A stretch of 64,000 nucleotides of DNA, taken from NCBI RefSeq assembly GCF_009914755.1, contig NC_060940.1. One strand, written 5' to 3'. The notes under the pieces were generated by a model, which ran no database searches, was not told where the DNA came from, and worked only from the letters and a program-made list of their open reading frames with translations. The translations under genes were made by a program, and so were the position numbers. Shown here piece after piece: positions 52,984-64,000 of this stretch (position 1 is its first letter; every line of letters starts with the position of its first letter). Source of the DNA: the human T2T-CHM13v2.0 reference genome, Homo sapiens.

Positions 52984-53510
52984 AAAGAAAGAGGAGCCAT
53001 AGAGGTCTCCTGCCAGCCACTAAAGGCCCCCGCCTGAAGGAGGCACTTCTGCTCCCAGCTGACTGGCCAGTTAGTCACATGGACAAGGCACTCCCACCAT
53101 GTGCCAACCGGGGAGAATCTGAATATTTGGTGAACAGCTCTAATGACCACTCCAGCAGGTTACAAACATTATGTATAATCTTCACAACCACTACAGGAAA
53201 TGTTACTATCATCTCTCTACTAAAGACAAGGAAACTGACGCACAGAGGCACAGCAAGTGGCCCGAGATCACACAGCAAGCAACCAGTGAAGCCACTAGAT
53301 TCCAAAGCCCATTCTCTTAACCCCATTTTGTTTTTTTGTTTTTTGAGAGATGGAGTCTTGCTCTGCTGCCCAGGCTGGAGTGCAGTGGTGCAACCTCGGC
53401 TCACAGGGCGAGACTGTCTCAAGTAAAAAAAAAAAAAAAGCCAGGTGGGGGATAGGTGTAGGGGCAGAACCTGGGTGTCCTGTCCATATCTCAGCCTATT
53501 CCAAGACTGA

Positions 53511-53880
<370 letters not shown>

Positions 53881-54290
53881 GGATTATGCTTTAAAAGGCA
53901 TGCTTTCCCATAGCCGTGAGGGTCAGGGATTATTTTTTTTACAGCATAGTGCCATGCCCGTGGAGAGTCTAGATGCTGGGGATACACAGGTGACTAACAG
54001 GGTTCTTGCTGTAGGGAGGCTTAGCCCTTTAGGGATTAACAGGTTCCAATAAGGGCACAGACTGTTTGTTTGTGCACCCTTGTGTCCCGTCTGCCTAACA
54101 TTGTCTGGACACTATAGACATCTAATAAACACTGGGAAAGACCAGGAAAACGCAGTACAAAACACGCTAAGGGCCTGGAGTAGGCTGAGGCTTAAAAACA
54201 TTTAAATGCTCACGTGACCACTTCCTAGCCTCTTGGACAAATGGCTTTCCAATTCTGTGCCTCACCTTTTTCACCTGAACAACTGGAGCT

Positions 54291-54550
54291 GGGCCAGGCG
54301 CAGTGGCTCACGCCTGTAATTCCAGGACTTTGGGAGGCTGAGGCGGGCAGGTCACCTGAGGACGGGAGTTCAAGACCAGCCTGGCCAACACGGCGAAACC
54401 CTGTCTCTACTAAAATACAAAAAAAATTAGCCGGGCGTGGTGATGTGTGCTGGTAGTCCCAGCCACTCAGAAGGCTGGAGCATAAGAATCGCTTGAACTC
54501 ATGCCACTGCACTCCAGCCTGGGCGACAAAACGGACTCCGTCTCAAAAAA
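54291..54550 (+). mobile_element. AluS with internal deletion
   Basis: TSD AACTGGAGCTGG. Confidence 0.88.
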
Positions 54551-55748
54551 ACTGGAGCTGGTAATAGTACCCATGATGCAGGATTGCTCAGATTAAATAA
54601 TATACGTAACACTCTTAGCTCCACGCCTGGCAAGCACTAACAACCATTATTAGTCTCATTAAGGCTTCCACATTTTTAGGAGAAAGATGAAGTAAAACAC
54701 ATGTTCCTTTTGGAGGAAGATAAATGGAAGTGACATTTAACTTGGCTCTTGGGAACATCTTTGGAGAGAAAAAGGCATTCCAGGTGGGATGAACCGTGAG
54801 CGAAGGCTGAAGCGCAGCACGTATGGAGCCCTCTGAGGATTCGGGATTGCCAAGTATGTCTTTGGCAACAACGGATTAGACTGAAAAGCCAAGTGAGATT
54901 CAGAGTTTAGGTCTCCCAGAGCTTGCTTTCTCCCTGGCCAGGAGCTCAAAGTGAACTTCCTCGCCTGGGGTGAAGTCATCCTCTCAGACGTTGGTCCAGA
55001 CCTAGCTTCAAACTCTGCCTTGCCCAGAGACCTGTGTGCTCTTTCACCTGGCACTCCTGACCCTGAGGTGAGACAATAGCCTCTAAGTGAGGACACGTGG
55101 CAGGCACGAGTATAGATGTGTTGCTGAATGTAGGGGTCCTTGGCAGTGGTTCCCTGGTCTTTTGAATGACACATTTCTTTCAGCCTCTGGTCAGAGGCTC
55201 CACGGGGTCTCTCCATGAAAATGCAGGGGTGTTAAGTTTTGCATGTCTTTTTGGACAGTGCATCATATCCCTGACACCTGCAGCTCCGAGGCTGAGCAGC
55301 GGATAGGTGCTGGGTCCCTTTTACTATGAGCCAAAACCACCTAGGTAGGAATGGATGATCCAGATGCTATCACCCTCTCCCCACTCCGGGGTCTCTGCCT
55401 AGCAACAGCAGCAGTATGCTGGGAGGATGCTGGGATCACCCCACAGAAATACTTGTCTCTGAGCCAAGACATCCTGCCAGCACGAACCTAAATTGTCTTC
55501 AGACCCTCAAACCCTGGGGTCTAGTCCCACACCAAGCAGCCCTGGGTCATGTTATAAAGCCATTTACAGGATCTGAGGAACAAGGGGTAAGGTCATCCGC
55601 TTCCTTGCCAACATAAAAGAACACATGTTAAATCCATCAGCCACACCACTCCTTCTTCCCGTCACGTTTCTCCCACTCCTGACCACTTCAAAGGACATAG
55701 GATCCCCACAAAATGGTGACAACAAATGGAGCCATTTTCATATCCTAT

Positions 55749-55754
55749 TTTATT
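55749..55754 (-). terminator. Candidate distal RPS15A polyadenylation signal AATAAA
   Basis: Canonical hexamer in non-repeat sequence ~1.7 kb downstream of the stop. Confidence 0.5.
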
Positions 55755-56452
55755 TTTGAAGTCAGTGTCCAGAAAGAAACCGACGATTCACTCAATCAAC
55801 ATGTAAGCGACTGAGGCATCCCTACACACCAGGTTTGCAGGCTAGGGACCAGAGACACGATGGTTAAACAAGCCAGAGCCCTGTGATCCTAGGGCTTACA
55901 ATGCTGGCATAAGAAAATCCTTCTGGACTCACTGTCCCCATGCTTGTGACTGTCATGTGCCAAGTGCGCTTTACACAATCTCATTTTTCCCTCAACTTGG
56001 GGATAGGTTTTGTATCATTCCCATTACAGATACGGATGCTGAGGTTACTGAGTGGAAGAGGAAACCTGAATTCTGCTGCTGGACCCCAAAACTCATGTTA
56101 ATTACCCACAGCCTCCCAAACATCAGAGGCCCCAAACATGCCTCCCAACTCACTTCTCACAAATGGGGGCCGTTATCTGCCCCATCTCTAGGGCCGTTCT
56201 GTAACATTCTCAGCGACTTCCCATATCTTACAGAGGCAGGCCCTCCTTTCAGGAAGCTGATCCATGCCCCTTAATAAGGTAGCTTCTCTCCCCACTTGGC
56301 ACACCACCTAGCTAGCCAAGGGCAAAGCAGAGACTAGGGGACAGGCCCCAGCACCGGGTCAGCACCCACTACCTCCTCAGTGATCAACAGTGCCCATTGC
56401 ACTTCAATGGGCACCTGCAAGTGGCACCAGATTCTCTTGGAACAATTCTTAA

Positions 56453-57192
<740 letters not shown>

Positions 57193-57415
57193 CTAAAATA
57201 TTTAGTGTCAAATACCTGGTTTTGGCAGACAGCAGGGGTGACTGTTTCTTAGGCATACTGGTTTCATAAGAACTTTTTCCCTTGGCTGTATTAGTCACTT
57301 CAGGGAATCGCATTCACCGATAAACGAAGCAACTGCATGCTGCCGCAGAAGCTGTGGCTACACTGCTGTAAAGGCTCAAAACGACCAAGTGGAAGCACCA
57401 GAGTCCATGAGGCAT

Positions 57416-57421
57416 TTTATT
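57416..57421 (-). terminator. RPS15A: RPS15A proximal polyadenylation signal AATAAA
   Basis: TTTATT on + strand, 22 nt after the stop codon; short 3'UTR typical of ribosomal protein genes. Confidence 0.9.
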
Positions 57422-57443
57422 TGTAAATATATGTATTACATCC

Positions 57444-57569
<126 letters not shown>

Positions 57570-58530
57570 TTAATAGTTCAACATAGTGCCTTCTAGTGCA
57601 GAAAAACATCAACACTCATCAGTGGTTAAGGGCGCTTTCCTGTGGGGCACATAGGAACTGACAGTGCCTACATGAGCTGGTGCCTCATGTAGCGTATGAG
57701 CCATGACTCCTGCAACCCAAAGAGCCAAATCCAGAGAGCCCAGCCACACAATCACACAGCCCTGACTTCTGCCTACACCATGAAACAAACTGCACTGAAA
57801 ACAAAGGCTGGGAACTCCTTTAAATTTAAATGTCACTTTCTGCTCTCAGGTAAGGAGACTTGAAAGTATTCGTATAAACTTGAGTTTGAATTGTGTTTCT
57901 GCCATGTACTGTATAATAGCTAAACTATTATATGGAGACGTTCATTTGTACAATGAGTGGCTGCTTCATGAGTTACTGTGGGGATCACTGTAACAAGCAT
58001 ATAGTATGCAAATGTGCGGCATTAAAATCAGTATCATAATTACAAAGAGAAATGATTTTGGTGAGAATACCGTACCTGTAATACAGCAACCATGAAGTGA
58101 GAATACTTTCAACCAAGGCACCAGACGCATAATTTGGAGGGTATAAATTCTTAACCACAAAGATACACATTTACTGTGTCAGCTCATAAAGTGCTTTACC
58201 AAAATTAAATCAGGTGATAAACAGAGGAACTATTACCACTTTTACGGATGAAGAAATCAAGGCTGTGACTTGCCCAAGATCTCATGGCTTTAAAGCAGAA
58301 AAACAAGGGTTTGAACTCAGATAGGCTTTTAAGGACAAAGACTCCCAAACTAAGTTTTCCCAAAGGCCTAGGCTTAGAACTGATTCTGGCCCTCATCTGG
58401 GATCACAGGGAACTATCTGCAGTGAGCCAAAAGGGCAGACATGAAAGTGGACACGACCCCCCTTTTCTGCCAGTCTAAGCTCTCATGTGCCTCTCAGAAC
58501 CTGAAGCTCAACACATGAAATGTGGCAAAT

Positions 58531-58980
58531 AGCCAGGCACGGTGGCAGGCGCCTGTATTCCCAAATCCACAAGAGGCTGAGCGGGGAGGACTGCTCGAGG
58601 CCAAGAAGCCAAGGCTGTAGCGTGTTATGACCGCACCTGTGAACAGCCACTGCACTCCAGCCTGGGCAACAAAGTGAAACCCTGTCTCTCTCTCTTTTTT
58701 CTCGAGACAGAGTTTCACTCGTTGCCCAGGCTGGAGTGCAATGGCACAATCTCAGCTCACCGCAACCTCTCTCCCGGGTTCAAGCTATTTTCCTGCCTCA
58801 GCCTCTCAAGTAGCTGGGATCACAGGTGTGTGCCACCAGGCCTGGCTAATTTTGTATTTTAGGTAGAGACGGGGTTCTCCATGTTGGTCAGGGTGGTCTC
58901 GAACTCCCAACCTCAGGTGATCCGCCTGCCTCAGCCTCCCAAAATGCTAGGATCACAGGCGTGAGCCACTGTGCCTGGCC
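58531..58980. mobile_element. + Alu monomer (58531-58690) with a - AluS (58695-58980) inserted at its end; RPS15A intron 4
   Basis: TSD AACCCTGTCTCT. Confidence 0.85.
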
Positions 58981-59172
58981 AACCCTGTCTCTTTTTAAAG
59001 AGAGAGAAAAGAAATATGGATAACACTTGAGCTATTAGGTCAAAATGGTTAAGAGTAGACAAATTACCACTGCTTTGTTTTAAACAGAAAAAAAGAAAAA
59101 AACCCTTAAGTCAAACTGCACCACAGAAATTCTTAGCATTAACTTCTTTTAATTAAGGAAAGGCCAACTTAC

Positions 59173-59258
59173 CCAAACTGGCGGGATGGAAGCAGATTAT
59201 TCTGCCATTTTTCCAGGTCTTTGAGTTGCACGTCAAATCTGGGGCTGATCACCCCACA
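59173..59258 (-). CDS. RPS15A: RPS15A exon 4, CGVISPRFDVQLKDLEKWQNNLLPSRQF(G)
   Basis: TAG acceptor, GTAAGT donor at 59172; 86 nt; in phase. Confidence 0.98.
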
Positions 59259-60560
59259 CTATAAAATAACAACAACAACAAAAACATTCTTCACTTTACC
59301 AATAACAGAAAAACTGAGTAACACAAGATGACATTCATAAATAAACAGTCCTCCAAACCAACCAACCCAGCATTCAGATGGGTACTTATTCTGTGCACAA
59401 TGCTTGACATACTTTTCAAAAAATACACCTAAGTAAGACTACGCCTGCCTAGGAGAAAAAGCAAAGGCATGCAAAGAGATGGAACAAGGCAATACATGGC
59501 AGTGTCAGGCCACTGGCGTGCTCCCTGTTGGCTGGAGAGCTGTCCAGGATGATCAGATTTTACATAGCCTAGAGATCAAGTCTCGACAAGAGAGACTACA
59601 GCCAACCCTTTCTTACATAATAAGGCTGAAATAAAATCATAGGGTCTCAAATCCTGAAGCTCTACAAATTATTAGAATATCTAAGGAACACGCTGTCCAG
59701 GCACTGAACTAAGAACGCTGCTCCCACCAATGAAGTACCGTTACATATTTCCAAGAAACAATGTCCTACAGCCCCAGACAAATTTTTCCAAACAAATCTG
59801 ACAGAATGATGGAAGGCAGAAAGAGCAAAGGGCCTGCAATTATCTCATCTCGTGGCTACTGGGACATGGCAACAATGATCCTCCCAAGTAAAAGCTCGCC
59901 AAGGGCTGCCATCACTCAACTACATGCCAGCCCTAAAACACTACTGAAGAAAGTCCACTAACTGATGTCCACTAACTGAAGACCCTCTGCTCACAAAATC
60001 TGCTCTAAAATCACAGGCACACTTGAAAAACACTTCCAAAAGCAGAGATTGACCCACAGAAACTGAAAATGGGCTTGTCAGAAAGGCCCAACTGCTCTAC
60101 GCCAGGAAGCCTGCTTAAGTTCTCCTACTATTACCCCATCAGCTATGCTGTGACTTGACTAACAAGGACAATCTCACGGCAGATGAAAGAAATGCAGGGA
60201 TAGGAATATGGGAAAACCAGTTTTATCCAAGCAAGCTATAGTGAAAGATCTTTCCAAAGTCTGCCGCACGCTGCATCCAAGTTTTATGTTGATTCCAGCA
60301 GCAAAAATTCTTCTCATTCTGGTAGAATTAAAACAGCATACCCTCCCCCAACCCAGAAGAATCGTAAGAGGATGTGATCAAGGCCAGAATTTTAATCAAT
60401 CTAGTCTTTACACACTACCTTACTTCCAAGCTCAATTTCCACGCTAAGGGTAGGTCCATGTCTTGCATGAAAGCGATGGAGGGGGACGTTCTCTTTTAAA
60501 TGGGGAGAAATGAAATTCCAAGAAACCAAAAATTGTTTGCTTTGTCGAAAGTCACAGAAC

Positions 60561-61597
<1,037 letters not shown>

Positions 61598-61674
61598 AGT
61601 TCTTCAAATCTTTAACAAATACTTCAGCAACTCACCTTCTGGGTCTCTTTCCCCCCTATCTGTTGCAATAAACA

Positions 61675-61858
61675 CAGGGGTGTCCAAGGGAGAGAATACA
61701 GTCATGGGTTCTTAGTTTCTGTTTCTAGTTGGGCCAGTAAGGCCCCTTCCTCATCCCTCTTTTCCATTTATCACTAGAGACAGAAACTAAGTACCATGGT
61801 TTCAGGCTGCTACAAGTCTAAAACAATACAACAAAATAAGGCAGGTTGGACAAGCCTG
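61675..61858. mobile_element. MER107-like DNA-transposon MITE in RPS15A intron 3
   Basis: Imperfect TIRs CAGGGGTGTCCAA / TTGGACAAGCCTG; internal inverted repeat. Confidence 0.65.
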
Positions 61859-62464
61859 AACTAGAGGATCTGCCTCCTTGCAAATCTGAAAGCTACAAAC
61901 CTGACAGGAAGCACAGTGGACACCTCAACCAGCTTAAGACACCTGCCCCCAAAACACACGCAATCACTTAAACCACAAAGTCAGTTTTACTTGGTTAAGG
62001 TGTTGACAAGTCAAACTGAAAAGCAGCATAGACCCCAAAGACCTATGCCAGCAAAAACAGAAAAAGTATTCATATTGCTATTTAGAAAGCCCCATTTACT
62101 CAAAGATAAAGATTCCATTCAAAAAACCCAACACATCACTGAGAGGAAGGACACAGCACCTTGGACAAAAGGCTCAATGGCCTTGAGCCACCCAAGTTCA
62201 AGCCAGTGAGGTGGGTAGCGTTAACATCCAAATACCAGTACCAGCGTTGGTTTCACCCCCCATCTCTCCTGAGACAGCTTATACCCCATAAAAACACTAG
62301 GTCAACTGACATAATCCTAGCACAATCAACCCAGGAGAGCAAATGAAGTTCCATGTGTCAATTTTTAAACCTTTTTAAAGTAACTGGATAAATCAAGTAT
62401 GGCACCACTACTCAGTATTTCCAAAGGCAATTACAACATTTAACGCCACAGTAAAAAATTCTTA

Positions 62465-62599
<135 letters not shown>

Positions 62600-62920
62600 T
62601 TAAATAAAAGACATCAACTTGAGAGCTAAACCTCTGTGCTCTAGCCTACTCAATTCTTCACTCTCCCATCACCTCAGTGACTGCTTCTCCAAAAAGTTGG
62701 GGGGAAGACAGTTGCTCTGTATCAGAAATAATTTTTACAACCTAACATATAAGAATTGGGAGACAATACCCAAAACAATCCACCTTGCAATTCTGAAAGA
62801 AACTATTTTCCCCTTGACCCTTCCTTCACTGCTTCCCATTCCCAAAGACTACTTTGTGCCAAAGAAGTGCAATAATCCAATCTTTCCTCTCAAAGAGCTC
62901 TGAGAAGATCTCAAGAGTCC

Positions 62921-63158
62921 TTTCTTTCTTTTTTTTTTTTTTGAGATGGAGTCTTGCACTGTCGCCCAGGCTGGAGTGCAGTGGCCGATCTCGGCTCACT
63001 GCAACCTCCACCTGCTGGGTTCAAACAATTCTCCCTGCCTCAGCCTCCAAAGAGCTGGGACTACAGGCGCCTGCCACCACGACCGGCTGATTTTTGTTTT
63101 TGTTTTTTGTTTTTTTAGTAGAGACGGGGTTTTGCCATGTTGGCCAGGCTGGTCTCGA
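62921..63158 (-). mobile_element. 5'-truncated Alu in RPS15A intron 2
   Basis: TSD CTCA(A/G)GAGTCCTTTC. Confidence 0.88.
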
Positions 63159-63380
63159 AATGAGCTCAGGAGTCCTTTCAATGACTTAGATTCATTTAGC
63201 TCCCAAACACCTAGCAGAGCTCCTTTTTCCAGCAGTCCTACTCTAAGTGACTCTTCAGCAGTTTCAGACTATCCCCTCCTCCACAGCCCACAGGTCAATT
63301 GCATTCGTTCTCAGGTATGACAGACATACTTTGGTCCCCCATAATTAATTTCTACAGGACTGATTTCTTAGAGAGTCTCA

Positions 63381-63557
<177 letters not shown>

Positions 63558-64000
63558 TCAAGGAAGACAAAACAGGAGGTTTTACTGGCATTGCCAACAT
63601 CAACAGACACCAACCATTACACTGCGGAAGTATCCTTTCCTTTCTGGCCCCACCTTGGCGAAGTTTTCTCAAGTCTAAGCAGGCTGCTTCTCCATTTCCC
63701 ACCACCCAGGAAAATTCCTATTTACTACGGTTGTTGAAAACAGGTTATCGGGACGTCAGCCTGCACATTTTGAAACTCATTCATTCACTAACCACTCTTC
63801 TTCGAATCGTGCCACACACCAACGTCTGGAGATAATAAAATGTGGGACAAAATCCACTTGACACAAGACAACGTGAGAACTGGCAGAAACTGCCAGCTAC
63901 CGGAAGGAAAACATCGGGTATAGTCGATCAGTGATTCAGAACAGAAGCAGAGTATCATCGGCAACATTTTCCAAATTGCTGAAAATCAGCAGATTCCATA

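Noticed and set aside
57960-58180. Unique stretch in RPS15A intron 4 as a possible snoRNA or poison exon (minus-strand CAG|GTACGG donor-like site near 58075)
   Set aside because: No convincing C/D or H/ACA architecture by eye and a weak acceptor; needs an Infernal/Rfam search and RNA-seq

Overview
Hominoid DNA, almost certainly human: the RPS15A locus, which from my recall lies at 16p12.3. It is not prokaryotic. The only protein-coding gene I can support is RPS15A (40S ribosomal protein uS8) on the minus strand. Its four coding exons (63416-63548, 62498-62577, 59173-59258, 57444-57537) have GT-AG junctions and splice to a 393-nt, 130-aa ORF. The non-coding first exon lies beyond the right edge. 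The ~55 kb downstream of the gene (left part of the window) is intergenic and very Alu-rich, with roughly 85-90 Alus or fragments by eye. It also holds a full-length older SVA nested in a MER41-type LTR, a 5'-inverted L1PA with an 18-bp TSD inside an MLT1 LTR, an ERV1 LTR-PBS-gag remnant, MLT1/MLT2/LTR33/LTR16 solo LTRs, DNA-transposon MITEs, MIR/L2 relics and simple repeats. Nearly all ORFs in the supplied track are repeat artefacts. I found no convincing novel gene system. The notable observations are structural or regulatory. Repeat subfamily names come from recalled consensus sequences and need Dfam/RepeatMasker confirmation; repeat boundaries are approximate.
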